64,000 nt of DNA from the human T2T-CHM13v2.0 reference genome, Homo sapiens (GCF_009914755.1 NC_060925.1), one strand, 5' to 3'. Positions 43,865 to 58,319 are shown, numbered from the stretch's first letter. Notes: a model not told the origin generated them from the letters alone. Program-made: numbers and translations.

Positions 43865-44070
43865 GAAATTAATTGAGTGTTCAGGTCTCTGCCCTTGCCC
43901 AGCCACAGCTGAGCTTACTGGGGAAATTAGGGTGACATTGGTGCAAATAATTAAGTGTCTTTCCCCAAACGGTCTTCAGGCCCCATTGCTTTAGCTGCTG
44001 CTTAAATGGATGAGCTAATTAACTTAACTAATTGCTCCTGAGGACTAATATTTTCACAGTCACGTGACCC
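43865..44070. promoter_or_regulatory. Candidate enhancer (homeodomain + E-box motif cluster)
   Basis: Four TAATT[A/G] sites and the palindrome GTCACGTGAC within ~200 bp of non-repeat DNA. Confidence 0.4.
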
Positions 44071-44261
44071 AAGAAGGCACATTCTCCACTGCAACTCTGC
44101 TGCCCACACTCCCTGGCAGACCCACTTTCTGAGCCTGTGATAGCTGCTTCCACTTGCAGCACCTACACTTAGGCCAGCCCTGTTTCTTCGAAGGCACCAG
44201 AACGCCTTCCTCCAGCCTCTCCGCCCAAGTGCAAAACCTGACTCCAGACTCACTCCTGCCA

Positions 44262-45080
44262 ATTCATTCATCCACTCAACAATCTTTTGTTAATTGCCTA
44301 CTTCATGTGTCAAATGCTATTCTCAGCATTGGGGAGTTAATGATGAGCAAAAGCAGACAAGGTTGTGCCCTCATGGGGAGTTCATCCTACTTGGAGAGGT
44401 GACACTGATCATTGACCCCTGCCCCCGCCCAACACACACACACATCAGATCTGTGCTACAACCAGCACTATGGAGTGTGGGACGGTGCTCTATAATAGAC
44501 AGACTCAGATCTCTCAGGGAGCTCAAGGACAGCTTCCTGGAGGAAGTGGCCCTTGAACTGAGGCTTGAAGGCTGGGCCAAAATTAACTAGGCAGCGAGGT
44601 GGGAAGTGTATTCCAGGCAGAATGACCAGCTTCTGCATAATCCAGGTGAGAGATGCTAATGGCTGGCCCAGGCTGCTAGAGCTGAAGAGAGGTAGAATGT
44701 TCAAGAAAGAAGAGAAAAAAGTGACTGACTTTGGTATTGGGTTGGGGGAGAGGATAAAGGGGCACTAAAAGCAACTCCTAAGCTCCTGGCTTGTACTATG
44801 GGCCAAATGGGGGTGTCACTCACTGGGATATAATTTCCTAGAGTCAGACCAGGTGTGAACAAGAGGGTAAGAGCATGAGGTGGGTGTTGAGATGCCTTAG
44901 AGGTGTCAAAGTGGAGTCGCTGAACATGCAGATAGGTGAGCAAGTGGGCTTAGAGGAGGGGTCTGGGCTGAAGATTCACATTTGTGAGTTATCTGCTTGG
45001 AGAAGGAGGTTGAAGCTGAAGGGTATGGCCATTTCGGACAGCAGGAGATGCGAGCCCAGGACAGGCCTTGAGGAAGCCCA
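44262..45080 (-). mobile_element. L2 remnant
   Basis: attcattcatccactcaacaa...gcttcctggaggaagtgg...gaactgaggcttgaagg...aactcctaagctcctggcttg. Confidence 0.7.
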
Positions 45081-46224
45081 GAATTATTCACTACAGGCTC
45101 ATCCCTAGCAGACTTGAAACATACCTCATTTTTACAATGTCATTGTGTTCTGGGTTGTTGTTGTTTTTTTAAATCTCAGAGTCCTTTAAGTTCTTCCGTT
45201 TTCTTTATCTACTGTTGAGCCAACAGCTGATCAAGTGTCTGAGAGTCTTCAGGGACAAGGGGACACTACCATTAATTCAGGCACAAGGGAACACCACCGT
45301 TTACGCACTGTGCTGGGTCTTTATGTGCCCAACCTACGTGACCCTTGCAGGAGAGGTGTTCCTATCCTTGTTTTCCAGAACAGGACACTGGGGCTCAGAG
45401 AAGTTAAACAATGTCCCTAGGGTCCTGCAGTGAGTGGCAGGGGTTACACGATCCTGCTTGATGTGTTCTCACTTCCAGATGCTGTCTCTCCAAAAGAAAT
45501 GGGCATGCGCCTGCGAGGCTGAGGGAGGGTCTGAGGGACAACAGGAGTGCCAGTCACCTTTCATCTGTGTCATGGGTAGCAAAGACCAGAAGATGTGGAT
45601 CTCTGATGTCCTCCCACTGGTCCAGGGCTGCACTGTGATGCTGGCAGGGGGAACACAGGGAAGGGTGATCATGCGCAAGGTGACCATGGAGCGAGTGGGC
45701 CTGCTTGGGGCAAAAAGTGCTGGGCCAGATAGGAGAGGGGGGCTTCCCTGTCTGAGCAGCAACAGATGTGACCCCAGGCCAAGAAATAAGGACCAGAAAG
45801 TGTGGCTTATTGTGTGCAGAGAGGAGTGGGTGAACAGCGGGCCGTGCCTGTAAGAAAGGGGGTGAAGAGTGAGCATGCAGCACTGGGGGAAAGCGGGCTT
45901 TGGAACGCACACACACACACACACGTGCACATATGCACACTTGCATGCATGCACACAGGCACAAACGCTCACATGCTCCAATCAGAACAGTCAGTCATGG
46001 AGCATCAGCCTGGTCAGGGTAAGCCAGAGGCTGAACTCTGGGGTCCCCTGCTGGTCATTGCTGTTGGACTCCAAGGTAAATAGAAATTTCCCGACTCCAG
46101 ATCCTCGGCCCCTGAGGGCTTCGGCTCCCCTATCTTCTTGATTTTAGACTCAGAGCAGGAGTGGTGCAAGCCTCTGTCTGGGCATTTAGCCCAGGGCCCT
46201 GTGAGCCTGAAACTTGGAGCCAAG

Positions 46225-46400
46225 GATGGTAGAGTGCAAAGACCAAGGGATCAGGAGCCAGACAGACCTGGGTTCAAGTCCCAACTGCTGCTTCCCAAGC
46301 GGACAGCCTTAGGGAAGTGTCTTTAACCTCTCTAAGGCTCATTGTGACATCTATAAAAGCAGGAAATAATGCCTTTTTTGGCAAGGATGGTGCGAAGCTT
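46225..46400 (+). mobile_element. MIR
   Basis: ggagccagacagacctgggttcaagtccc...tttaacctctctaagg. Confidence 0.75.
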
Positions 46401-46509
46401 AGATGAGCTGGACCACATGTTAACTTTGACATACCACACATATGTGGAGGGCCCAACCTCGTGCCACAGCCATGACATAGGTAAGTTTCCTTTGTGTTTT
46501 CACTTAGCT

Positions 46510-46910
46510 ATCCCCAGCCCAACCTCCTGCTTCATGCAGGAATTCCCTAACCAGCCTCTGCTAGAACATTCCAGCAACAGGCAACCCACCACATTATGCT
46601 CTTCCCACTGTTTGGACATCTTTAAGAGTTACAGTGGACTTCCTATCTTGAACTAAAATCTCTCTCCCTGTGGCTTCCACTGCCAGACAGAGTCCAGCCC
46701 TTCAGAATACAGGACCACTCTCCAGCTCTCTGGAAGCAGCCACCATGGCTTCCCTGGGTGCCTTTGTCTAATCCAAACTGATCTTTCCACTCTTGTTCCA
46801 GTGTTTTCCATTGCCTCTGCCCTGCTGGCCAAATTCTTCCGGGCACAGCTCATTTTTGTGTATGTCCTTTTTAAAATGGGATGTCCAGAGAAGCACAGCA
46901 CACCCTACAT
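46510..46910 (-). mobile_element. L3/CR1-like ancient LINE remnant
   Basis: ccagcctctgctagaacattccagcaacaggcaacccaccac...cttcctatcttgaactaaaatctctctccctg...tttaaaatgggatgtccagagaagcacag resembles antisense CR1/L3. Confidence 0.5.
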
Positions 46911-47819
46911 AAGAGCCAACTGTCCAAATTCCAGGTCAGACTGAGGCTGAGCCAACCTCATCATGGTCATGACACAGAAGCCTTTTCATCAGGTCCAGTC
47001 TCTGGCACAGCCAGTCCAAGCACACCCACACAAGAGCCACGTTCACCACGGTCTTTAGAGCAACCCACCAGAAGAGTCTCAAGGGCACCCTTTAGAAGAG
47101 ATGCCCAAGACCCAAAGTGGGCCTCTTTCTCCACCTACGATTCTCTCTTCTCCCAGTGAGATCTGAAGTCCATTTCCCTGGGAGGTGGGGTCAGGACCCT
47201 GGACAGAAGCTGCTCCTGGCTTCTTAGGCATTTGAAGGGAAGGCATGCAGTGACTGGGGGCTACCACAAGGCTCTGGGAGAAGTCAGGGAGGGAGCAGTC
47301 AGACAGCTCTGTGAGCGGGAAAATGTTGGTGTGGCGGTCACTGCATTTCCCCTCTCCTCCCTCACACTGGAGAGCTGTGAGATCGCCTTAGGGACCCTGG
47401 CTCCTGGGGTGAGAGATGTAAAGGACCCCCCTTTTCTTGGCCTCCCCCTTCCCCTGGTTTCAGTTTCTGGGTCCAGAAACTGAGTGCAGTCAGCATAGAC
47501 AACAGCCCTGGGATCCCCTCACTGTCCTTGACAAGCACTGGAAGCCAGCAGGTGGGTAGAGGGCTCCTGGAGGGTGAAAGCAGAGGGCTACAGCGGGGTC
47601 AGGGCCCTGCGGAGAGCTCAGGGTATGTTTGGTGGGGACGTAATGCTGATCCTGCATCTCCTCTTTGACTGCCTTGAACAGCTAATCAATGAATTCATTA
47701 CTCAATCAGCAGGAAGTCACCAGCCCCTTCCTGGGGACCCTCTCACTTGGGTTCACTCAGCATGTTTCAAAGCACTTTCTGTGCCACCTCTGGGCCCACG
47801 CTGTAGGATCAGCTCTGCC

Positions 47820-47950
47820 CAGAGCTCACCGAGTGACCTTGGGCAAGTCACCTTTCCTCTCTGGGTCTCAGGTTCCTTATTAATAAACTAAAAGGATTGG
47901 ACTAGATGATCTCTTAGGGTCCTTTCGGCTCTGATATTCCATGGCTCTGT
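47820..47950 (+). mobile_element. MIR3-like
   Basis: gtgaccttgggcaagtcacct...ggattggactagatgatctcttagggtcctttcggctctga. Confidence 0.8.
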
Positions 47951-49984
47951 GAGCTGGGAGACTGCAGGTGGGTGGATGACAAAGCTGACTGGCCCCTTTT
48001 TTGGAAAGAAAAAGGAAAAAATGACGAGGGCATCTGCACTGGATGGTGCCAGGAGTGGGACTGTGCAGGTTTCAGCTAAAAGTGCCCTGGATGGTGGCAA
48101 TAACCAGAGTGTGCGGCAAGGGCAGTAGAGGCAGCAGAGCCACAGACCAGGAAGCCAGCCAGGCCTAGCCACCGTGTCCCCTCCCTGCGTCAGAAATCCC
48201 TACCTTTGCCTCTACTGATGCCTCTTGGATCCTGCCCTGGTCCAGTCCAGAGCTGAGTGGCAGGATGGCTGAAGTCCCCACTCCCCGCCTCTGGCCCCCA
48301 GGCTATGACAGCAGCTGCCAGAGGGGGTAAGAAGACTGGGGGCCTAGGTGCAAGCTGTGAGTACGTGTGGCGTGTGTGTGCCTCAGACAGCAGCTGAGCA
48401 GCCTGCACCAATCTCAGAGGCACTGCAATGCAGTGGTCGGATTTTTTTTATTAGTTTTTTTTTTTTCCTAAAAGTCCTCATTTCCCAGGGAAATGCGCAG
48501 CCAAATGCTTTAAAAAAGGAGTGGCCAGATTGCCTCAAAATGTGTCAACCCCTCCCAATTCAGGGTGCTGGCACCCTCCTCTTGCCCCTGCCAGTGTGTG
48601 GCCCCCTGAACCCTGCTCCTGGTGAAGTCAGGAGGTCTAGGTAGAAGGAGTATGAAGTGGCCGATTTTCCCTTCCTAAAAGCTGGGACACAGACTGATTG
48701 AACTTAAATGCTTGCCGGATTGGAGAGCTTCTCAGTTTCCCAGTCCCTAGGGGATCCGGCATAAGCCTCCTTCACATAGAGGCAGAGGCCTTTAGACTCA
48801 AGAAAATCTCTGTCTCTCTTTCTGAATGAGTTTTTTGAGGGATGGAGGGAAAATGACAACACCCCTCCCCCTTTGGAGTATCAAATACCAAATCTGCTGC
48901 AGCATTCTCAGAAGGGCATGAAATTGACCACCCTGTCTCCTTCCCTGGTGGAAGGGACCCCTCCCCTTTCCCAATGCACAGCAAACTAATTCTGCACACA
49001 TGCTACCTCTGTCCGTGTTCTTCTGATCTTGGGTTTCATTTTAAGGGAACTTTTTAGTCCAGCTCTGTTTTCCCCGTTAAAAAGGTGATGAGTTCAATCA
49101 GCTGTGAAAATAAATCCAGAAGAAGGGCTGAATGGAACCAGGGGCAGACCTATCCCTGCCAGCTCAGCCCCTCCCTTCCACCAAGCAGAGGGTTTCCCGG
49201 GACTCCAACTGCTGTGGAGTGACACCGGGGGCTCTTTGCTGACAGAAAGAGAGCGGCAAAAAGAGATAGCTTAGAAGTGTGGTCAGGCTGGCAGTGTGTG
49301 GCCAGTAAGTGGCATTTTAGCCTTGGAAACGACTCTGAAAGCCCCTTGCAGGGGAAGTAGAGCTGCCCCTGCAGTCTCCGTCCTGGCTCTCAGGTGCCCA
49401 ATTTGGGCACAGCAGGTGGTGAGCATCACAAGGTCCTAAGCTCTCTCCCCATGACCTGGAGGGGCTGCGAGAGCCCCATCTGCCCTTCTCCTCTAATGTT
49501 GGGTCTCTCTTGGGCACAGATGGTTCTAGCTTAGGGGCAGCCAGGGCATAGCCGAGCCAATCTGGGTACAGCCCAGGGAGAGGTGCTGCCAGTCAGCCCA
49601 TCTGTCGAGCAGGTGACAGCTGCTGACATGTAAGTTGGGGGTGAGGGGTGGGGAGCTGGGCTGGTAGGGTCAGAGCTACTACCTGCAGGACCGCTCCTCC
49701 CTGCCATTAAACCCCCTGGGTCCCAGGCAGGAGGTACCTCCAGACCTGAGCTTGGCACGGAGGTCCTTCAATGAAAACAAACTGATTCTCTGCCCAAGAA
49801 TCTCTGTCCCCTCTGCTTCGTGTATTTCCATCAAAACACAGGCTGGAGCAATGCCCATTGCCAGTTGAGGTGACAGCTCTCTCCTCCTGGGGTCAGGACA
49901 AGGGGCTGGGTTCTGAGGACAGTAAGGGAGACCTGAGTTAGCCACAAGGGGGAACATCTCACCAGAAAAGCAGAAGGAACTAGC

Positions 49985-50160
49985 AGAGTAGTACAGTGTG
50001 ATATATACAAGCTGGACTTCGGTCCTGACTATGCTACCTTTTAGCTGCATGACATGGGGCAAGTTCAATAACTTGTCAGAACCTCAGTTTCCTCATCTGT
50101 AAGAGGAAAAGTAATACTTCATAAGGCTGCTGGGAGGATCACATGACAATGCATGTGTGC
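49985..50160 (+). mobile_element. MIR
   Basis: gacatggggcaagttcaataacttgtcagaacctcagtttcctcatctgtaa. Confidence 0.8.
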
Positions 50161-50234
50161 CCTCAGCTAATGGTGGCTACAACTTCTGTTACCGCTACTA
50201 CCCCAGCAGGTGAGAAAGACAGGAATCTCTTCCA

Positions 50235-50565
50235 CAGCAGCTTTCACCAAATAGCTCCCAGACTTTAACATGCATTGAAAATCTTCTGGAAACTTCCATA
50301 AAGTTCAGATTCCCAGGCCCAACTCCAGAGATTTTGATTCAGCAAGCTCAGTTCTGGTGCTCCAGGAGATTTTCACATGGTGATCAGTGGACCACCTTTA
50401 TTTTTTTATTTTTAAACATTTTTAATTTAAAAAATATTTTTATAGAGATGGGGTCTTGCTATTCTGCCCAGGCTGGTCTTGAACTCCTGGGCTCAAGCAA
50501 TCCTCCCACTTCAGCCTCCCAAAGTGGTGGGATTACAGGTATAAGCCACCGCGTCATGCCGGTGG
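50235..50565. mobile_element. MER5-like element interrupted by an antisense Alu monomer (FLAM/AluJ, ~50399-50541)
   Basis: catgcattgaaatc...cagattcccaggccc...gattttgattcagcaag; monomer flanked by gtggaccacctt / gtggatcacatt. Confidence 0.7.
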
Positions 50566-51082
50566 ATCACATTCTGAGAAGCACTTCCCCAGAGGAAAGG
50601 AGAGATGGTTCTGAGCCCATCGCTCCCAGGTAATTAGATGTGGGCGCCTATGCTCGCAGCACATTGCAAGCTTCGTCTCCCCCAGCCTTCCTTCTATCCG
50701 GACTTAAGGACTCTCTAGTGCTTTGCTTCTTCTGCCACAGTATCATACTTCTGCATCCCTTTCCTCAAGTCACTTAATCATTCAGCACATGCTTATTGAG
50801 CATCTACTCCACTCCAGACATGGCTCCAGGTGCTGGGGACAGAGCACTGAATGAGATAAAAATCCGTGCCCTCATGGACCATATAATTTGTGTATTCATT
50901 GATTCAATCAATGCTATGGAGTGCTGACTCCTGCTGGGCACTGTGCTGGATGCTAAGGTTAAGTGCACAGCCCTTCCTGTCAGAAAAGGGCCGTGGAAGA
51001 GATAGCCCTTAGGACCACCTGCCCCTGGGAACCCTCAGTTCCAAATCCCAAGCTAGAGGGCAGGGTCCAGCCAGTTATCACT

Positions 51083-51123
51083 TGCCACCTACTGGGTGGC
51101 ACCTACTGGGGCCACCTACTGGC
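51083..51123 (-). promoter_or_regulatory. Tandem triplet of CTCF-like motifs
   Basis: tgccacctactgg gt ggcacctactgg g gccacctactgg; first copy is 13/13 to CCASYAGRKGGCR, third is 12/13. Confidence 0.55.
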
Positions 51124-51629
51124 TATGCCAAGCAGAAGCAGCCTAGAAGAGATGGATGGCTTCGCCTTCCTCCCCAGCTCACTCATCACCACTGCTGAGT
51201 ACAAGGTATATCCTTTTTCTCCAGTGCAGCCTTGTCCCTTTGCATGATCCTATGCCTCATAATTACATGTGAGGACGGGCTAATCCCCCAAACACGGTGT
51301 CAGGCCATCGATAACATTCCCTCGTGGTTGCCCTATGCCACTCGGCAGCCTTCACACAGCCTGGCAGGGGGAGCTCAGCCCGTGGCCTCAATTTTTCATG
51401 CCAGTCCTGCATCCATCACTGGCCTGCCAACTCCGGTCTCTGCTCCAAGGGGGCAGGTGTTCAGAGAGAACACTCTGCAGGCGCTGGCCCTCTCCCTCCA
51501 CCCCTGCGGGAGTGTTTCTAAAGCGCAAAGGGCTTTCGAAATTCATTGGATCCAATCCCCACATTTTGTTAGTGGGGTAACTGAGGCTCAGAGTGGGACC
51601 CTAATTTGCTCAAAGTTGGTCACAAATCT

Positions 51630-51990
51630 AGTACATTTATTTCATTAATGCACGCATTTACCCATTCATTAGTTCACTTGTCAGACACTTTGAGAGTCCA
51701 CCAGGTACCAGGGCTGTGCTAGTCACTGGACATACAAGGATGACAAGCTGTGGTCACCCTTGTCCACAAGAGGCCCGCCCTCCAATGAGGAGACACACGT
51801 GTGATCACAATGCAATGTACAACGTATGATGATCAGTGTGGTGGGAACAGAGAGGAGGGTGCCAACCTGGCCCAGGAGCCACGGGACCCTCTGAGCAGAG
51901 TTTTTGGGGGGAGAATAGGAATTACCCAAGCACATGGTATAAGAAGGGCATCCCAGGCAGAGGACACACCATGGGCAAAGACCAGGAAGC
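51630..51990 (-). mobile_element. L2 remnant
   Basis: catttattcatt...ccaggtaccagggctgtgctag...gggcatcccaggcagagg...atgggcaaagac. Confidence 0.65.
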
Positions 51991-52449
51991 GGCAAGAGGC
52001 ATAGTGTATGCGAGTTGGCGGCAGAATTGGAACCATGCCCAGATCTTCAGATCCCAGTGTTTTTCCCCTATCTCTGCAGCCTCACTACTTCCTAAAGACG
52101 CAGAGATTACACTAATTGATCCCCCTGCCTGGGGCAGAGCCCCATACATTCAAGGCAAGAAAGTTAACCCTCTAATTAGTAATGATGCTCAGGGCAGCAT
52201 CTGGAAGACAGCACATCAATTACTAAAACTCACTGAGGCCAAGGGCTCCTCCATAGTCTACCTGGACTATGACAGCGCAGATACTGGCAGGGCCAAGTGC
52301 TACCCTTCCACCGGCTCAGGTACATCATTAACCAAGAGGCAACGGATGGAGCGGGGTGGGTGGAAAGACCCTATGTACTCCATCCTCTCTAGGTGAGTGC
52401 ACATGTCCCTAACTTCCCTGGACATGTGCCAGGCTCATTAAGAGACGCT

Positions 52450-52690
52450 GTGTGTTATGGTTGCAGGTACAGGCTTTGGCATTACACAAAGCCTGGTCCC
52501 ATCGTTAGCTAAGCCTTTACTATCTGAGTAGCCTTGGGCAAGTCAGGTAACCTCTCTGGGCCTCAGGATCATCACCTGTAAAAGAGGGTTACTAATATCC
52601 ATCTAATAATGTTGTTGAGGATTAAAAATAATGTGTACAGAATAGATTTGCAAAGTCCCAGGCACATAGTAAATTGTCGGTAATAATAAT
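52450..52690 (+). mobile_element. MIR
   Basis: gccttgggcaagtcaggtaacctctctgggcctcag...gttgttgaggattaaa...caggcacatagtaa. Confidence 0.8.
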
Positions 52691-53309
52691 GGAGAAGTGA
52701 CTGGGGTTTGGAAGGGGAAATGAGCTTGTTCTTTCCCAGAGGAGAGAAGCAGTAGCAGGCTGCAGTACTAACTCCTTGGATATGCTTAGCAATGTGAACT
52801 GTCATCAGTCACTTAATCTCTCTCGGCATCATCATGAGTCCTCTTTTCTGGAAGTTTTCCTGGGATTATGAGTATGTGGGGCAAGGGACAGCAATCAAGG
52901 TATCAGCCCAACACAGGGGAGGCCCTTTCATGGCTAACAAGAAAGAGAACTCAAGCCAGCCACGCTTTGCCCCAGGGACAGCAAGGCGTTCAATCTTCTC
53001 AGAGGGAGAACCAAGGGATGCGGAGGTCATTACCCTCAGCAATAAGAAGGGTTCTGGGATAGCAGGTTTTATCGGCAGCCATTCTAGCATGGACATTCAG
53101 TTGCCATGCCGACAGTTCAGCCTGCTCCCGGCCCTGCCCTCTTCTTTCCAGGTTGCTGGGCGTCACCATCTGCACCAAGTACACAATACTTCCCCAAGAA
53201 AACTCCAAAAACCTTTGCCTTCAAACCGGCTCCTCTTCCTGAATCCCCTGTGTCTGTCCACAGCACCGTTGTGTTTCTGTTCACTCCACTTCGAAACCTC
53301 AGCGGCAAC

Positions 53310-53495
53310 ATTTTAAATAGATCTTTTATTATGACTATATCCTCAAACTTACACATAGGTACAAAGGTGAGTATAATATGCCTCATGTGCTCGTCACCCA
53401 ATTTCAATATATAAGAATATTCTACAATCCCCTTTTACCTCTTCCCCCTCACACTTTTTCTTCTGGAGTATTTTAAAGCAATTCCAGACACTATC
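53310..53495 (-). mobile_element. Old L1M 3' fragment (L1MC-like)
   Basis: ctcaaacttacacata...gagtataatatgcctcatgtgctcgtcaccc...gagtattttaaagcaattccagaca. Confidence 0.55.
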
Positions 53496-54139
53496 TCCTC
53501 TGAGGCTGGCTAAGGGACCTCTGCTTGAGCTGCAGGGCTGTGGCAGGCAGGGCAGGAAGACCACGGGGCAGCTCTGGATGCACTCGCTGTGCCTGGATGC
53601 TGAGGGATCTGGCTGCTCTGTCTACTGGGCTCTTAGAGGAACGGATGCTCCTTTCTCTGGGTTTGTACTAACTTTTGGATGGGCTTGGGATCCAAGAAGT
53701 TCCTCCCCCGGATGTAAGGTCAGCCAAGTTACAAAACTCCAGGATTCCACAAGCACAGTGCCCTCTGGAATCTGCAATGAGGCAGCATCGGGGATGTCAG
53801 CTGCCTTGCTGCGTGCTCTTCTACCCTCAAGTCATTGTCTTCTCTTTGCAACGCAGGTAGGGAAAGGCAGTCTTACCCACTGCCTGAACCCCGGCTTCCC
53901 CAAACAGAGGATATGAATGTTGAGAGGGGTAGAGGGAGGACCTTTCCATGTACAGGGAAGAAAGAGATTTCAAGACCCTCTTTCTAATAGTCCATGAGGC
54001 TCCTGTGAAGTCCCAGCTCATGCCTCTCATTCTGGTTCATCCTTAGCTAGCAGGAAGGTGACTCACTGCCATCCTTCTTGGGTTTCCTGCATGCACACAA
54101 CAGCAACAAGGCCCCAGTCTCCATCATTGGCCTAATTTT

Positions 54140-54840
<701 letters not shown>

Positions 54841-55649
54841 AAGTTTTTAATTTCAATTTAAAATAATTTATTTATGTATATTCTGCTCTTACTCTTCCTA
54901 CAGTCTTCTGTTCTAAGAAACTCTGCTGCCTCCTAAGAGGGTAATGAACTGGTCCCTGGGATGAAAGTGATGAGGAGGAAAAGGGCAACAATGACAACAA
55001 CAGAACAGTTTTTGCTGTCACCTCTTGCGTAAAGCACAGAGTCAAAGGTACTTAGGTATGTCTTGTTTAGGGAGAGGATGAACCCAATAACTTCTATACT
55101 CCTTTTTAGTTTTCTGATTCCCTTTCAGTGACATTCATCAAAAAATTATAAGTACTTACTAAGTCCTGGGCTAAGTACATATGACAAGGCGCCTGACCTC
55201 AAGGCCCTTGTCACAGAGACAGGCAGATGAATATGTGATGCCTGGTGTTTCTTCTGGACTAAAGCAACCAAGGGAAAAGTCTGTTTGGAGCTCTGACTCC
55301 TGGGCCTTCAGATAGTCTATAGCTGGGAAGATAAAGCTACTTTAAAAGTCTCCAGCTGCGACATCCTACAAGGCCAGAAGAGTGGGGTCATTGCTTCATG
55401 AATTATGGGTCTGTTTCCATACTTCCTCATTTTCTACACACCAGGATCTCTTGGGAGGGCCTCGGTGCACCTTTCTCTCCTCATTTGCTCTTCTCTCCCT
55501 CCCCCGCATCTGTCTCTTGCTCCTTTCCACATTCATTGGTCATCAGTGAAATGTTTACACTTGTTTTGTTGTTTATTAAATGGAGATTTGTGATCATGAT
55601 TTCTAATTTAAGAAGCAAATCACAAATTTATTTCTTTAAAAAGCTAACT

Positions 55650-55977
<328 letters not shown>

Positions 55978-56475
55978 TCAGCAGGAAAAAAAGATTATCT
56001 AGTCCCTGGTCCTCATGATGCCAAACAATTAATTTCACTTAAATTTCCCCAGTGATCAGACAGCTTGACTGGCTGTTTCATCAGAATCTAGATCCAGTTT
56101 GCTGGTGAAAATGGTAGCATTCTCTTCCCTCAAAGAAGATTCCCAACCAGGAAATCAGGACAGACCAATACCCTACAGAGCAAACCTAGAATGCGGAGGG
56201 CCCAGGATTTTGCATCTTCTTTAGGCCCACACATAATGTACAGAGAGGAGAGGGTTTGAAGGCTGAATACTGGGGATGCTGGGGTAGGGCAGGAGAAGAG
56301 AACAATCTCTCCGTGATAAACACCTACCATTTCAGAGGTATGTCACAGACGCAGCCCAAAGTGAATGACTTTATCGGTCTATTGAGACTCTCTGGGACCA
56401 ATGTGCTTACCATGGTGAGTCAGAGCACCCGGCCCCTAATCCTCTTATTAAATTCACTGTTTGAAAGACCTAGAA

Positions 56476-56795
56476 GGCCAGGCACGGTGGCTCATGCCTG
56501 TAATCCCAGCACTTTGGGAGGCCAAGATGGGCGGATCACCTGAGGTCAGGAGTTCAAGACCAGCCTGGCCAGCATGGCAAAACCCCGTCTCTACCAGAAA
56601 TACAAAAATTAGCCGGGTGTGATGGCAGGTGCCTGTGATCCCAGGTACTCAGGAGGCTGAGGCAGGAGAATCACTTGAACTCAGGAGGTAGAGGTTGCAA
56701 TGAGACAAGATCACACCATTGCACTCCAGCCTGGGCAACTGAGCGAGACTCTGTCTCAAAAAAACAAAACGTACAAAACAAACAAAAACCCAAAA
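56476..56795 (+). mobile_element. AluSx-like
   Basis: Full dimer with ggatcacctgaggtcaggagttcaag and an A/C-rich tail. Confidence 0.92.
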
Positions 56796-57240
56796 GATTG
56801 TCATTATGTTCTCTTTCCCATATAAAGGATTCCTCTCTATTTGTCCCAGAGTATTTAAGCCTTATGAATCTTATAGTAATTTAACAGTTGATAGAGAACT
56901 GAGAAGTAAGGCGGGGAAAAGACTCAACCGAAAGGAAAACAGTATTAAAGAGCTACTACCACTCCTAGGGCTGGGAGGAAAAAAAGGAGGAGGTGGTGTT
57001 ATTGGGACCCAGAATCTGGGGCCTTCTATTAAAAACTAGATCCATAGAGGAAACACAACTACTGCCAGAGAGGCCACTTGAGGCAAAGAGAGAAAGGGAT
57101 TCTCCCCTCCTCCCACCCTACAGTCTCCACCAACGCCTGCCTGTGGCTGAACCTACCCAGAATCCACTTGTCAGGGGAGCTTGGGAAATGTAGTTTGCTG
57201 AGCAGAGGAAAGGATCTAAAGACAACAGGCAAGTGACCAG

Positions 57241-57242
<2 letters not shown>

Positions 57243-57278
<36 letters not shown>
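57243..57278. repeat. (GT)18 microsatellite
   Basis: Perfect GT run. Confidence 0.95.
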
Positions 57279-57280
<2 letters not shown>

Positions 57281-57420
57281 CTTCCTGTGTGTATTTATCA
57301 GAAAGAGTTGTGGATACTTTATTTTATAGTGGTCATTCTAAATAAACCACATTGGTATGTGTAACCATGAAGATTACATCAATCAATAAGTCAGTCAATA
57401 CAAAAGTCCCATGAGAGTAA

Positions 57421-57774
<354 letters not shown>

Positions 57775-58319
57775 CAGATATTTTCAGGCAATCCTCCCTC
57801 TCAGCACCATCAAAGCCTATGCAGCAGTTCAACAGCACACAAATAAATGGAGAAGGACATTTTGGTGGGAACAGAATAGAGGCAGAAGATCTATAGCCCC
57901 CCAGAGTATAAAATCATTGAATATATTGTAGGGCTCCAACACTCATAGTCACAGACACGTGGAGACATGGGCTCACACATCTCTCGTGCGCTCATCCACA
58001 TCTGTTGGTACACTCAGACACACTCAGATAAACTGGTTAAGACACATGTCTGCTTCAAGTCTTTTTTTCATTACGGTCTAAACCTCTCAGGTGTGATGTG
58101 GGAGATAAATAGAACAGTATATGTGAAAGTGCTTTATAAAGTTGATAGCATATTACTCAAATAAATGCAAAAATATAATCGAGATTATATTTTCATTCTG
58201 TAGTTTGTTAAGAGTGAAAACTGCTAGCAATGTTTATAGGTAGAATTACTATAAGATCCACAGGGTTTAAAAGCTCTGGGGCAAATAGAGAGAAATCCTT
58301 TATTTGGGGAAGAGAACAT

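Noticed and set aside
49301-49314. Plus-strand CTCF-like CCAGTAAGTGGCA
   Set aside because: It mismatches at the strongly conserved core G, so it is weaker than the minus-strand sites.
46471-52398. Isolated plus-strand donors TAG|GTAAGT (46480/46481) and TAG|GTGAGT (52392/52393) as exons of a divergent lncRNA
   Set aside because: No convincing paired acceptors were found, and such hexamers occur by chance several times in 64 kb.
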